Of a stretch of DNA of 64,000 nt, positions 39,394 to 50,172 are shown in pieces (position 1 is the first letter of the stretch; each line of letters begins with the position of its first letter). The notes below the pieces were generated by a model. It did no database searches. It was not told the origin of the DNA and saw only the letters and a list, made by a program, of their open reading frames with translations. Position numbers and translations under genes: made by a program. This stretch comes from Bacteroidota bacterium (GTDB lineage: Bacteria > Bacteroidota > Bacteroidia > NS11-12g > UBA9320), in the NCBI GenBank assembly GCA_013359235.1, contig JABWCE010000004.1, forward strand, positions 18,931 to 82,930, written 5' to 3'.

Positions 39394-39771
39394 TTGCTCA
39401 GATACGATATTCTTCGTAAACCTTTAGGCTTAAAATTTGACGAAGAACAATTAAAACATGAAGAAAACGAATTTCATTTTATAGCAAGTTTTAAAAATAA
39501 AATTATAGGAGTTTTGCTTTTAAAACCATTGAATTATGATATTGTTAAAATGCGTCAAGTAGCTGTAAAAAAAACATTACAGAAAAAAGGCATTGGCAAA
39601 AAACTTGTTGAATTTGCCGAAAAATGGGCAAAAGAAAATAAATTTTCAAAAATTGAATTAAATGCACGCCTTACTTCAATTGATTTTTATTCAAAAAACA
39701 ATTACAAAACTATTGGGAGCCAATTTGATGAAGTAGGAATACCACATATAAAAATGTATAAAGATTTGTAA
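39394..39771 (+). CDS. GNAT-family N-acetyltransferase. The N-terminal boundary is uncertain: it is in the same frame as the MBL gene with no ATG after the intervening TAA.
   Basis: Acetyl-CoA binding motif QVAVKKTLQKKGIGKKLV. The GNAT beta1 strand (LILKIVEF) lies upstream of the TTG. Confidence 0.7.
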   Translation: MLRYDILRKPLGLKFDEEQLKHEENEFHFIASFKNKIIGVLLLKPLNYDIVKMRQVAVKKTLQKKGIGKKLVEFAEKWAKENKFSKIELNARLTSIDFYSKNNYKTIGSQFDEVGIPHIKMYKDL

Positions 39772-39782
39772 TAAAAATATAA

Positions 39783-42200
39783 TTACTCACTACCTTTTAA
39801 ATCGTCGTTTGAGCCTCCTTTTTTTCTGCTTATATTTTCTTTGAGTTTACCGAAACTAAAGCTTAAACTCACACTAAAATATCTGAAAGCATTGTTTCTA
39901 TTGTAAGATTCCTGATAAAAAGTGGGGTCTTCTGTTATTGTTTTTAAAGTTTGTTTTTTTTCAAGAAAATTGTTGGCAACAATTCCAATATTAAGTTTTT
40001 TCTTAAAAAATGATTTTCGTAAACTTAAATTATAATTGTAATTCATAGGTCTTTTGCTTTGCAATGTAGGAGCACTTTGCCAAACCCACCCTGATAATGA
40101 TGCTGAATATCCTTTTTCAAAATTCCAAGTAAAATTTCCGTTTCCTCTATTACTAAAACCACTGCGGTTGCGTGCTTTATCTAATTTATGCTCTATGAAG
40201 ACATACGATGTTTGAATACCCACCCAAACCTGCATTTTTTTAAAAAACATACCCCAAATACTTATATTTATTCCGCTTGTGTTAGACCTCGCAACGTTTA
40301 AGTATGTGGTATGCGAAACCCCACTGCTGTCAATAGTTGAAAAAGATGTTATCACATCGTCAGTAAATGAATTAGAAAGTGAAATATCGAGTGAATTTCC
40401 CTTAAAATAGACATTGTAAGACATACTCAAATTATGAGTTTTTTCGGGTTGTAAATTTGGATTGCCGTATGTTATAGATTTGGGATCAATATTGTTAATA
40501 TATGGGTTGAGGTAATGTAGCCATGGTCTTTGAACTCTTCGGCTATAATTAATTCTATAAGTTTTTTTCTTTCCTGTTTTTTTTGATATACTAAGTGTAG
40601 GTATAAGGTTTAAATAATCTAATTTTAATGGCATAGAATCTTTGTTGAATGAAGCGTTTATATGTGTGTTTTCAAGCCTTAAACCTGTTTTTATCCTTGT
40701 TTTTTTAATCAAGTAAGAATAAGTTGAATATACACCATAAACATTTTGAGTGTAGTTTAATGAATTTGATTGAGAAGGTACAATCAAATATTGGCTTGAT
40801 AATTCATCAAGTTGTTTCATTTTGTAGTCTGATGATAAATTTCTAATAACATATTTTACTCCGGTTTCAAATTTTGATTTGTTTTTGAAAGGTTTGTTAT
40901 AATCCATTTTAATTGTATATTCAATATCTTGCGAGTTATTTTGGCTTTTAATGTTATTATCGGGAATTTTTAAATAATCTCTGTTTGAAGTAAAATTTGA
41001 GTTTTGGCTACTGTTTTCTCGCCATGCCGATAGCGAAATTTCATGATCTTCATTATCTTTAAATATTTTTACAAAGTCAAATCCTAAATCATAAGAAGGA
41101 TTTTTATTAGAGCTTCGGCTTGTATTTACAAAGTATTCGGTGATATTACCTATTGAATCTTTGCTTTCCGATATCTGTTCGGAGTTGTTGCTACTAAAAC
41201 CGCCTCCGGGCGTAAAATAAATACTTAAAGTATGAAGTGTGTCAAAATCATAAGACATTTCGATATTGCTCCAATTCCACAATCCTTTGTTATTATTGCT
41301 ACCCCATTGATGTAAAAAATTTTTATATCCCATAACCATTGAATTTCTATAAAGTTCATAAGTGTTTTGGTTACTGTAATTGAAATAATTTCCACCCAAA
41401 TACGATGAAATTCCAAGTTTGCCTATTTTTATATTAAAACTTCCGCCAAAATTGTTCATACCTCTTGAACTATAGCTTCCCATAAAATTTCCATTATAAC
41501 CACTAATTTTTTTATAAGTTATAATATTTATAATTCCGGTAGAGCCTTCGGCATCATATTTTGCTGATGGTTCGGTAATTATTTCAATTCTTTTAATAAG
41601 TTTTGCAGGAAATGCTTTTAATGCCTCTTTAGGATTTTTAGCAATTATCGATGTGTTTTTTCCATTCAGTAAAACTTTAAAATTTGAATTGCCTTTTAGT
41701 TGTATATTATCATCGGCATCTACTGTTATAAAAGGCATTTTTTTTAAAGCATCTATTGCCATAAGTCCTTCGAGGGTAGCATCATTTTCTACATTATAAA
41801 TAGTTTTGTCGGGTTCTATTTCCAAGAGTGGTTTTTGGTCGGCAATTATTACTTCTTTTAAATTTTTGCTTAATTTTTCAATAAAAATTGTATCTGTAAT
41901 TACTGCATTGCTTTTCAATTTTATTTTTACAGTATCGTTGGTTTTAAAACCTGTAAATTTTACAATAATGATATAAGTGTTTTCTGAGATTTTGTCGAAT
42001 TTGAAATATCCATTTTCGTCAGTAAAAGTATTAGATTTTATTGAAAGAGTGGCAGAATCTTTAAGCATTACAGTGCAAAATTCAACGGGTTTTTTTGTTT
42101 CCCAGTTGCAAACAATTCCTTTTAACGAATATAAATTTTGAGCAATTAATGTTTTTGAAAATATCAAACACAAAAAAAGAATGGGTTTTAATTTCATCAT
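39783..42200 (-). CDS. TonB-dependent outer-membrane receptor-like beta-barrel protein with an N-terminal carboxypeptidase-regulatory-like domain
   Basis: Signal peptide, CarbopepD_reg-like N-terminus (LKGIVCNWETKKPVEFCTVMLKD), a plug-like region and a long beta-barrel ending in an aromatic residue. Confidence 0.65.
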   Translation of the reverse strand: MMKLKPILFLCLIFSKTLIAQNLYSLKGIVCNWETKKPVEFCTVMLKDSATLSIKSNTFTDENGYFKFDKISENTYIIIVKFTGFKTNDTVKIKLKSNAVITDTIFIEKLSKNLKEVIIADQKPLLEIEPDKTIYNVENDATLEGLMAIDALKKMPFITVDADDNIQLKGNSNFKVLLNGKNTSIIAKNPKEALKAFPAKLIKRIEIITEPSAKYDAEGSTGIINIITYKKISGYNGNFMGSYSSRGMNNFGGSFNIKIGKLGISSYLGGNYFNYSNQNTYELYRNSMVMGYKNFLHQWGSNNNKGLWNWSNIEMSYDFDTLHTLSIYFTPGGGFSSNNSEQISESKDSIGNITEYFVNTSRSSNKNPSYDLGFDFVKIFKDNEDHEISLSAWRENSSQNSNFTSNRDYLKIPDNNIKSQNNSQDIEYTIKMDYNKPFKNKSKFETGVKYVIRNLSSDYKMKQLDELSSQYLIVPSQSNSLNYTQNVYGVYSTYSYLIKKTRIKTGLRLENTHINASFNKDSMPLKLDYLNLIPTLSISKKTGKKKTYRINYSRRVQRPWLHYLNPYINNIDPKSITYGNPNLQPEKTHNLSMSYNVYFKGNSLDISLSNSFTDDVITSFSTIDSSGVSHTTYLNVARSNTSGINISIWGMFFKKMQVWVGIQTSYVFIEHKLDKARNRSGFSNRGNGNFTWNFEKGYSASLSGWVWQSAPTLQSKRPMNYNYNLSLRKSFFKKKLNIGIVANNFLEKKQTLKTITEDPTFYQESYNRNNAFRYFSVSLSFSFGKLKENISRKKGGSNDDLKGSE

Positions 42201-42228
42201 TTAATCAAATTTGTTTTTTTAAAGTTAA

Positions 42229-43773
42229 TTAAATTTCAAACTTAATGCCTTGTGCAAGAGGTATGTCGTTACCATAATTTACTGTATTGGTTTGTCGCCT
42301 CATGTACGCCTTCCAACTGTCGCTACCGCTTTCTCTTCCTCCGCCTGTTTCTTTTTCGCCACCAAAAGCACCGCCTATTTCTGCACCTGATGTTCCAATA
42401 TTTACATTAGCTATTCCGCAGTCGCTGCCCGAATGGCTAAGAAAATATTGAGCTTCTTTAAGGTTGTTTGTAAAAATTGCTGAACTTAAGCCTTGTTTAA
42501 CATCATTTTGCATAGCAATAGCCTCTTTTAGTGTATTGTATTTCATAATATAAGTTATAGGAGCAAAGGTTTCTTCTTGTACAATTTTTAAATGGTTTTG
42601 AGCCTCTATTAATGTTGGTAAAACATAGCACCCAGACTCATATCCTTTACCTTTCAATACTTTGTTGCCATATAGAATTTTTGCTCCTTGATTTTCTGCT
42701 TCATTTATTGCATTCTGATAATTTGAAACAGCAATTTTATCAATAAGCGGACCAATATGATTTTGCTTGTTAAGTGGGTTTCCAATATTCAATTGCTTGT
42801 ATATTTTAACAAGTTGAGCAATGAATTTGTCGTAAATTGTATTTTGAATAATGAGTCGCCTAATACTTGTACAGCGTTGGCCTGCCGTGCCCACCGAACC
42901 AAAAACGGCAGCTTTTAATGCGTTTTTCAAATCTGCATCATCTGTAATTATTAGCGCATTATTACCACCAAGTTCAAGAATACTTTTTCCTAATCTTGAG
43001 GCTACGAGTTGTGATACTCTTTTGCCCATTTTGGTACTGCCTGTTGCCGAAATAAGTTGAATTCTGGTATCTTTAGCCATTTTTTCGCCTATTCTGAAAT
43101 CGCCAAGAATGATATTAAAAACACCTTCAGGAATATTGCTGTTAATAAGAACAGGTCTTATAATATTTTGAACTGCAATTGCCGAAAGCGGTGTTTTTTC
43201 GGAAGGTTTCCAAATACACACATCGCCACAAACTGCTGCTATCATTGCGTTCCAAGCCCATACAGCTACCGGAAAATTGAATGCAGTAATAATTCCTACT
43301 GCACCAAGCGGATGCCATTGTTCCATCATTATATGTTCTTTTCTTTCGCTTGCTATTGTAAGCCCGTATAACTGCCGTGAAAGCCCACATGCAAAATCAC
43401 ATATATCAATCATTTCCTGAACTTCCCCCAATCCTTCTTCTAAGCTTTTACCCATTTCATACGAAACAAGCGCCCCAAGTTCTTCTTTGTTTTCGCGTAG
43501 TTTGTTGCCTATTTGGCGTACAACTTCTCCGCGTTTGGGTGCAGGCACTTTTTTCCAATTATCAAAAGCCAATTGCGATTGTTGTATAACTTTTTCGTAT
43601 TCGGTAGTACTTGCCAGAGTAACATCAGCAATTTTTTTCCCATCAACAGGGCTAATAATACTAATTGTTTCAGAGCCTAAAGCAGTGAGCCATTGTTTGC
43701 CGGTACAAACACTTTCGTTTTTTGGATTTATTCCTAATTTAGAAAGTATATTTTCAATTTTAACAGACAACAT
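42229..43773 (-). CDS. aldehyde dehydrogenase, ALDH7/antiquitin-like (piperideine-6-carboxylate / aminoadipate-semialdehyde dehydrogenase family)
   Basis: ALDH catalytic motifs (ELGGNNA; the GTAGQRCT catalytic Cys region) and the characteristic ALDH7 N-terminus. Confidence 0.75.
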   Translation of the reverse strand: MLSVKIENILSKLGINPKNESVCTGKQWLTALGSETISIISPVDGKKIADVTLASTTEYEKVIQQSQLAFDNWKKVPAPKRGEVVRQIGNKLRENKEELGALVSYEMGKSLEEGLGEVQEMIDICDFACGLSRQLYGLTIASERKEHIMMEQWHPLGAVGIITAFNFPVAVWAWNAMIAAVCGDVCIWKPSEKTPLSAIAVQNIIRPVLINSNIPEGVFNIILGDFRIGEKMAKDTRIQLISATGSTKMGKRVSQLVASRLGKSILELGGNNALIITDDADLKNALKAAVFGSVGTAGQRCTSIRRLIIQNTIYDKFIAQLVKIYKQLNIGNPLNKQNHIGPLIDKIAVSNYQNAINEAENQGAKILYGNKVLKGKGYESGCYVLPTLIEAQNHLKIVQEETFAPITYIMKYNTLKEAIAMQNDVKQGLSSAIFTNNLKEAQYFLSHSGSDCGIANVNIGTSGAEIGGAFGGEKETGGGRESGSDSWKAYMRRQTNTVNYGNDIPLAQGIKFEI

Positions 43774-43876
43774 AAGTTTTTTAAAAGCACAAACTTACAC
43801 TTTTTTAGGCATACATTTTTATTTGTTAGTGCTTATTTTGCTTATATGAATTATTTTTGCCCAAAAATTTCAATTA

Positions 43877-44656
43877 ATGGAATTTATCACAAATACTGAT
43901 GCAATTATGGCGTTACTCACACTTACTTTTCTCGAAGTAATTTTGGGAGTAGATAATATAATTTTTATATCTATAGCGGCAAACAAAGTAGAGCAAAATG
44001 TAAGAAAAAAAGCAATAAACTGGGGTTTGTTTTTTGCTATGTTTTTAAGAATAATCATGCTTTTGGGCATATCAGTTATCATTGCAGCCCAAAAACCAAT
44101 TATTAGTTTTGACTGGGGTTTGGTATCGGGGCAGTTTTCGGGGCAAAGCCTCATATTGCTTGCGGGTGGAATTTTTTTAATTTATAAAAGCACAGTTGAA
44201 ATTCATCATAAAATAGAAGGAGATGAAGGCAATAAACAAGCTGTAAATGAGAAAAAAAGAAAAGTATCTCTTTCAAATGCAATAACTCAAATAATGCTGA
44301 TAAATATTGTTTTTTCAATTGACTCAATCTTAACAGCAATAGGAATGACTAACAACATTCCCAATTCATTAGCAATAATGGTAATTTCAGTAATATTATC
44401 AATGATTATTATGATGTTGTTTGCCAGCCAGGTTTCAAATTTTGTAAACAATCACCCATCAATACAAATGCTGGGTTTGTCTTTCTTAATATTAATAGGG
44501 TTTATGTTGGTACTTGAAAGTGGGCATCTTGCAAATTTTTCGGTAGGCGGAACTCATATTGGCGGCATTCCCAAGGGATATTTGTATTTTGCAATAGCTT
44601 TCAGTTTTGGGGTAGAACTTCTAAATATGAGAATGCGAAAAAAATCCTTGAAATAA
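43877..44656 (+). CDS. TerC-family integral membrane protein
   Basis: LEVILGVDNIIFISI matches the TerC signature. Confidence 0.8.
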   Translation: MEFITNTDAIMALLTLTFLEVILGVDNIIFISIAANKVEQNVRKKAINWGLFFAMFLRIIMLLGISVIIAAQKPIISFDWGLVSGQFSGQSLILLAGGIFLIYKSTVEIHHKIEGDEGNKQAVNEKKRKVSLSNAITQIMLINIVFSIDSILTAIGMTNNIPNSLAIMVISVILSMIIMMLFASQVSNFVNNHPSIQMLGLSFLILIGFMLVLESGHLANFSVGGTHIGGIPKGYLYFAIAFSFGVELLNMRMRKKSLK

Positions 44657-44673
44657 CAAGATAAAAGAAACTC

Positions 44674-46935
44674 ATGACAGATTTAAAATTTAACGACTCG
44701 TTAAGCTACCATGCCGATGGAAGACCAGGTAAAATAGAGGTTATACCAAGCAAGCCAACACAAACACAACGAGATTTGACAATGGCTTATTCGCCAGGAG
44801 TTGCCGAACCATGTTTAAGAATATCAGAAAATGTTGAAGATGTTTATAAATACACTGCCAAAGGAAATCTTGTAGCTGTAATTTCTAATGGTACGGCTGT
44901 TTTGGGTCTTGGTAATATTGGTCCACATGCTTCAAAACCTGTTATGGAGGGCAAAGGTTTATTGTTTAAAATATTTGCAGATATTGATGTTTTTGATATT
45001 GAGCTAAACTGCAGTACTGTTGATGATTTTGTAAGAACGGTAAAAGCTTTAGAACCTACATTTGGTGGTATAAATCTTGAAGATATAAAAGCACCTGAGT
45101 GTTTTGAAATTGAGCAAAGATTAAAAGAAGAACTAACTATACCTATAATGCACGATGATCAGCATGGAACTGCAATAATTTCGGGTGCTGCATTAATCAA
45201 TGCACTTGAAATAGTAGGTAAAAAACCTCATAAAATTAAAATGGTAATTAACGGAGCAGGAGCCTCAGCCATTTCATGCGGAAAATTATTTGTATCTCTC
45301 GGAGTAAATATTAAAAATATTGTAATGCTTGATAGCAAAGGTGTAATAAACAATAGCCGAAAAGACTTTGACCAAAACAAACTTTTTTTTGCAACAAGCC
45401 GAAAAATTGAAACCCTTGAGGAAGCCATAAAAGATGCCGATGTTTTTGTAGGATTATCAAAAAAAGATATACTTACTCCTAAAATGATAAAATCAATGGC
45501 AAAAAATCCCATTGTTTTTGCTATGGCAAACCCAGACCCCGAAATAGAATACAATCTCGCTGTGAGCACTCGCAAAGATTTGATTATGGCAACCGGCCGT
45601 AGCGACCATCCAAATCAAGTTAATAATGTACTTGGATTTCCATTTATTTTCAGAGGGGCACTTGATGTGCGTGCTACTTGTATTAATGAAGAGATGAAGC
45701 TTGCAGCAGTTAAAGCAATTGCCCATCTTGCACACGAACCTGTACTCGAAATTGTGAATGTGGCATATAACGAAAAAAACCTCACATTCGGTAGAAATTA
45801 TATTATTCCCAAACCTATAGACCCAAGACTTATATACAAAGTAGCACCTGCTGTAGCCAAAGCTGCAATAAAAAGTGGCGTTGCAAAAAATATAATTACA
45901 GATTGGGCAGCTTACGAAGAAGAATTGAAGGAACGATTGGGTATTGATGATAAGTTCTTGTCGCGTATTGCCATACAAGCTCGTAAAAATCCCAAAAGAG
46001 TAGTATTTACAGAAGCTGATAACTTTAAAATATTAAAGGCAGCTCAGATATGCCTCGAAGAAGGAACAGCAATTCCTATTTTGCTAGGACAAAAAAATAA
46101 AATTAATCAAATTATTGAAGAACATGGTCTGTTACTTGAAAATGTTCAAATTATTGATCCGGCCGAAGAGCCTGAATTGAGAAATGAATATGGCGAATTA
46201 TTTTATAAAAGCCGACAAAGAAAAGGGATGACTTTGTTTGATTGTGTAAAAGTAATGATACACAGAAATTACTTCGGAACAATGATGGTTAATTGCGGAC
46301 ATGCCGATGCAGTACTTTCAGGTCTTACAAAAAATTACCCGAGCACAGTGAGACCAGCATTGCAAATAATGATGCCAAACAACGAAAAAAGTGTAGTGGC
46401 GGGAATGTATATTATACAAACCAAGCGAGGTCCGATGTTTTTTGCTGATACAACTGTTAACATTACACCATCTTGGGAAGAATTGGTAAAAATTACTGTT
46501 TTAACCTATGAAAAAGTTAAAAAACTACAGGTAGAACCAGTAATAGCAATGCTTTCCTATTCAAATTTTGGTTCGGCAGGTGGCGAAGATGTAGAAAAAA
46601 TAAGAAAAGCAATTGCCTATTTACATTTGCATTATCCAAATATAACTGTAGATGGCGATATACAAGCTAATTATGCTATAAATTCGGCAAAAAGAAACGA
46701 TTTATTTCCATTTAGCAAACTGGGAAAAAGTCAGGTAAATACTTTCATATTTCCATGCCTTGCTTCGGGTAATATTTGTTATAAGGTAATGCAGGAACTT
46801 GGCGGATTCGAAGCAATTGGTCCTGTACTTATGGGGCTTAGTAAATCTGTACATATCTTGCAATTAGGCAGTTCGGTACGCGAAATTGTGAATATGGTAA
46901 ACATTGCAGTAGTAGATGCAATGAAAAATAATTAA
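44674..46935 (+). CDS. maeB: NADP-dependent malic enzyme (malic enzyme fused to a phosphotransacetylase-like domain)
   Basis: N-terminal malic enzyme NAD(P)-binding domain plus a C-terminal PTA-like domain, 753 aa. Confidence 0.9.
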   Translation: MTDLKFNDSLSYHADGRPGKIEVIPSKPTQTQRDLTMAYSPGVAEPCLRISENVEDVYKYTAKGNLVAVISNGTAVLGLGNIGPHASKPVMEGKGLLFKIFADIDVFDIELNCSTVDDFVRTVKALEPTFGGINLEDIKAPECFEIEQRLKEELTIPIMHDDQHGTAIISGAALINALEIVGKKPHKIKMVINGAGASAISCGKLFVSLGVNIKNIVMLDSKGVINNSRKDFDQNKLFFATSRKIETLEEAIKDADVFVGLSKKDILTPKMIKSMAKNPIVFAMANPDPEIEYNLAVSTRKDLIMATGRSDHPNQVNNVLGFPFIFRGALDVRATCINEEMKLAAVKAIAHLAHEPVLEIVNVAYNEKNLTFGRNYIIPKPIDPRLIYKVAPAVAKAAIKSGVAKNIITDWAAYEEELKERLGIDDKFLSRIAIQARKNPKRVVFTEADNFKILKAAQICLEEGTAIPILLGQKNKINQIIEEHGLLLENVQIIDPAEEPELRNEYGELFYKSRQRKGMTLFDCVKVMIHRNYFGTMMVNCGHADAVLSGLTKNYPSTVRPALQIMMPNNEKSVVAGMYIIQTKRGPMFFADTTVNITPSWEELVKITVLTYEKVKKLQVEPVIAMLSYSNFGSAGGEDVEKIRKAIAYLHLHYPNITVDGDIQANYAINSAKRNDLFPFSKLGKSQVNTFIFPCLASGNICYKVMQELGGFEAIGPVLMGLSKSVHILQLGSSVREIVNMVNIAVVDAMKNN

Positions 46936-46938
46936 ATA

Positions 46939-47928
46939 ATGCACACAGAGCTTTTCAATAAACTTTCGGCAGGTGATATTGCATCACTTGCAAAAGCAAT
47001 TACAATAATAGAAAGCAACAAACCAGAACACCAAAAAATTGCCGAAAACTTATTGAATGAAGTATCAAAAACCAAAAATCAATCAATAAGAATAGCAATA
47101 ACAGGCATCCCCGGAGTAGGCAAAAGCACTTTTATCAATACATTAGGAACATGGCTCGTTAATGAAAAAAAACTTAAGGTTTGTGTACTTGCTATTGACC
47201 CAAGCAGCAAAAAAAGCAAAGGAAGTATTTTAGGAGATAAAACCCGTATGAACGAACTATCGGTCTTAGATAATGTATTTATACGACCTTCGCCTTCGGG
47301 AGGAATTGCAGGCGGTGTAGCAGCCAAAACCCCTGAAACTATAAAATTATGCGAAGCAGCAGGGTTTCAAATTATTTTGATAGAAACTGTAGGAACAGGC
47401 CAAAGCGAAATAGAAGCCGATAATATTGCTGATTGTGTACTTTTGCTACTTTTGGCTGATGCAGGCGATGAACTTCAGGGTTTAAAACGCGGAATAATGG
47501 AAACAGCCGATATTGTTGTAATTAATAAAGCTGATATTGTAAATAAATCTTTACTTCAAACTTCTGAAAACGAGTTAAAATCGGCTTTGAGCTTTCTACC
47601 TGCTAAAAACAAAGGTTGGGTAACGCCCGTTATAAAACACTCTATAAATGAAAAAGAAACCCATAAAGAAATATGGAATCAAATTGTAAAATTTATTGAT
47701 GTACAAAAAAACACCGGCAACTTTGATGTAAAACGCCTGAAACAGAAAAAATACAGGATTACCGAACTATTGAAATACAATTTTGAATACAATTTTTTAG
47801 AATTGCCTGAGATTAAAAAAGAAATTGAGAAGTTTTCTCAATCATCAAAATTCAAACATACCGAAGTTCTCGATTTTCTTAAAAAATTAATAAAAAACTG
47901 GATTAGCAAAAATGATGCTAATACTTGA
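46939..47928 (+). CDS. meaB: methylmalonyl-CoA-mutase-associated GTPase MeaB/ArgK
   Basis: P-loop GIPGVGKST, and the NKAD motif (VVINKADI) of MeaB/ArgK. Confidence 0.85.
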   Translation: MHTELFNKLSAGDIASLAKAITIIESNKPEHQKIAENLLNEVSKTKNQSIRIAITGIPGVGKSTFINTLGTWLVNEKKLKVCVLAIDPSSKKSKGSILGDKTRMNELSVLDNVFIRPSPSGGIAGGVAAKTPETIKLCEAAGFQIILIETVGTGQSEIEADNIADCVLLLLLADAGDELQGLKRGIMETADIVVINKADIVNKSLLQTSENELKSALSFLPAKNKGWVTPVIKHSINEKETHKEIWNQIVKFIDVQKNTGNFDVKRLKQKKYRITELLKYNFEYNFLELPEIKKEIEKFSQSSKFKHTEVLDFLKKLIKNWISKNDANT

Positions 47929-49354
47929 TATAAACATTCTTTTGTTCTGTAAAAAAATCCATAATATTCCAAGCTCCCGAGTTTCCGTTTCCGCTGTTTT
48001 TCATTCCGCCAAAAGGCGATTTTGTGTCAACATACATCCAGCAATTAATCCAAACCAATCCGGTTTTAATATTAGTGGCAATTCTATGAGCTGTTTGAAT
48101 ATTTTCAGTCCATACAGACGATGCCAAACCATAATCAGTTGAGTTTGCAATTTCTAAAGCATCCACTTCGGTTTTAAATGAGGTGAGTGTAACTACAGGA
48201 CCAAAAATTTCTTCGCGGTTGCATATACTTTCATTTTTTAAATTTTCAATAACAGTGGGTGATATAAACCATCCGTTTTCAAGCCCCTTTGGAAATACAG
48301 GTTCGCCACCGAACAAAATTTTTCCTCCTTCTGCTTTCGCAATTTCAATATACGAAAGTATTTTATCATAATGTTGTTTTGATACAATTGCCCCAATTTT
48401 AGTATCGTTTAGCAAAGGATTTCCTAAAGATTGATATTTTAATTCGGTTAAAAATGCTTTTTTGAAATTGTTATAAATTTTTTCTTCAACCAAAATTCGC
48501 GAACCACTCCTGCAAAGTTCACCTTGATTGAGAAAAGATGCTCTTACAGTTTCTTTTACTGCTTTTTCTAAGTTACAATCTGCAAAAATCAAAACCGGAT
48601 TTTTACCTCCCAACTCAAGCGACAATTTTTTGAATAAAGGTGCCGCCAATGTAGAAATTACTTTACCTGTACTAAGTTTGCCTGTAAACGATATAGCCTT
48701 TATTTTTGGATGACTAACAATAATATTTCCTGCTTTCTCGCCTCTGCCATTTATAATATTAAGCACACCGTTTGGTAAACCTGCCTGATAGCATATTTCG
48801 CTGAGCATAAATGCAGTTGCCGGTGCAAATTCACTTGGTTTGGCTATTACACAATTGCCAGTAGCAAGTGCCGGAGCAATTTTCCATGTAATAATGTACA
48901 AAGGCAGATTCCATGAACTTATACATGCCACAATACCAATTGGCGATTTTTGATTATAATTTACATAATTGCCCTCCATGCTGTGATTTGTACTGCTGTA
49001 TTGCATAGCTGCAGTTGCAAAAAATCTAAAATTTTGAGCTGAAAGTGTTACTTGAGTTCTGGCAAACCAAAGTGGCATTCCCTGGTCAATACTTTCGGCA
49101 AGGGCGAGTTCTTCATTTTTTTCATCAATGAGTTCGGCTATGCGGTTTAATATTTTAAAACGCGATTCTGCCGATATGTTGCTCCAAGAATTATAGGCGT
49201 TTTGGGCACTTTCTATTGCTCTTTCAACATCTTGCTCGTCAGAATCTGGTAATGTAGAGTACACCAACCCCGTAGATGGATTGCTGTTTTCGATAAAATT
49301 TTTATTTACCGCTTCGCAATGATTTCCATTTATGAAATTTAAAATTTTAAGCAT
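47918..49354 (-). CDS. NAD(P)-dependent aldehyde dehydrogenase
   Basis: ALDH motifs LELGGKNP and the GQ(G)ELCRSGSR catalytic Cys region. It converges on meaB and overlaps it by 11 nt. Confidence 0.85.
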   Translation of the reverse strand: MLKILNFINGNHCEAVNKNFIENSNPSTGLVYSTLPDSDEQDVERAIESAQNAYNSWSNISAESRFKILNRIAELIDEKNEELALAESIDQGMPLWFARTQVTLSAQNFRFFATAAMQYSSTNHSMEGNYVNYNQKSPIGIVACISSWNLPLYIITWKIAPALATGNCVIAKPSEFAPATAFMLSEICYQAGLPNGVLNIINGRGEKAGNIIVSHPKIKAISFTGKLSTGKVISTLAAPLFKKLSLELGGKNPVLIFADCNLEKAVKETVRASFLNQGELCRSGSRILVEEKIYNNFKKAFLTELKYQSLGNPLLNDTKIGAIVSKQHYDKILSYIEIAKAEGGKILFGGEPVFPKGLENGWFISPTVIENLKNESICNREEIFGPVVTLTSFKTEVDALEIANSTDYGLASSVWTENIQTAHRIATNIKTGLVWINCWMYVDTKSPFGGMKNSGNGNSGAWNIMDFFTEQKNVYIKY

Positions 49355-49455
49355 ATAAATTTCTTCAAACTTACATACTTAAAAAATAAAAAAAATAAAG
49401 TTTTTTGTTTTTCAATTATTCTAATATCATTGCCAACTGTAAAATTTAATTTTAT

Positions 49456-50133
49456 TTGAATTCAAAAATTAATATATCAATTGACGGACACGCTGGATGT
49501 GGCAAAGGAACATTGGCAAAGCACCTCGCCAAATCTCTAAACTACTCGTATTTTGATACAGGTGCAATTTATAGGGCTTTAGCTTTGTTAATGATGAATA
49601 ACAAATTGGGTTTTACTGAAAATTTTAACTATTTGAATAAAATAAAAATTGAATTTAAATATAACGAAACTAACGATTTTTTTGAATTGTACATAAATGA
49701 TGAATTGGCAGAATACCTTATAAAAACTGATGCTGTTTCAAAAAAGGCTTCAGAAATAAGTAAAACAAATGAGGTTAATAATTTTGTAACAAATCTTTTA
49801 CAAAAAATAGCATCCGAGAAAGGAAATGTAGTATTTGGCAGAGATACCGGAACTAAAGTTTTGCCTAATGCCGAACTTAAAATTTATATGATAACAAACC
49901 CAGAAGTAAGAGCCAAACGTGTTTTTGAAGAATTGAAAAACAAAAATATAAATATTTCTTATGATGAAGTTTTAAGAAATATTAAGGAAAATGATATTTG
50001 GGATCTTACAAATGCTGTTAGTCCGATAGTCAAAGCCGATGATTCAATAATTTTGGATAATACAAATATGACCAAAGAAGAACAAGGCAAATTAGCTCTT
50101 ACGTGGGCAAAAGGAGTAATTTCGGCACTATAA
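49456..50133 (+). CDS. cmk: (d)CMP kinase; TTG start
   Basis: P-loop ISIDGHAGCGKGT, plus DTGAIYRA. Confidence 0.85.
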   Translation: MNSKINISIDGHAGCGKGTLAKHLAKSLNYSYFDTGAIYRALALLMMNNKLGFTENFNYLNKIKIEFKYNETNDFFELYINDELAEYLIKTDAVSKKASEISKTNEVNNFVTNLLQKIASEKGNVVFGRDTGTKVLPNAELKIYMITNPEVRAKRVFEELKNKNINISYDEVLRNIKENDIWDLTNAVSPIVKADDSIILDNTNMTKEEQGKLALTWAKGVISAL

Positions 50134-50172
50134 TTCAATTATTTTCATTTTTTATTTTAATAAATTTGCCCA

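Noticed and set aside
43057-43589. Short opposite-strand or alternative-frame ORFs within the ALDH7-like gene. Similar cases include 45228-45978 in maeB, 57898-58437 in the sensor kinase, 60373-60696 in the nucleotidyltransferase and 62144-62751 in the ABC transporter.
   Set aside because: All overlap well-supported conserved CDSs on the other strand and give implausible composition.
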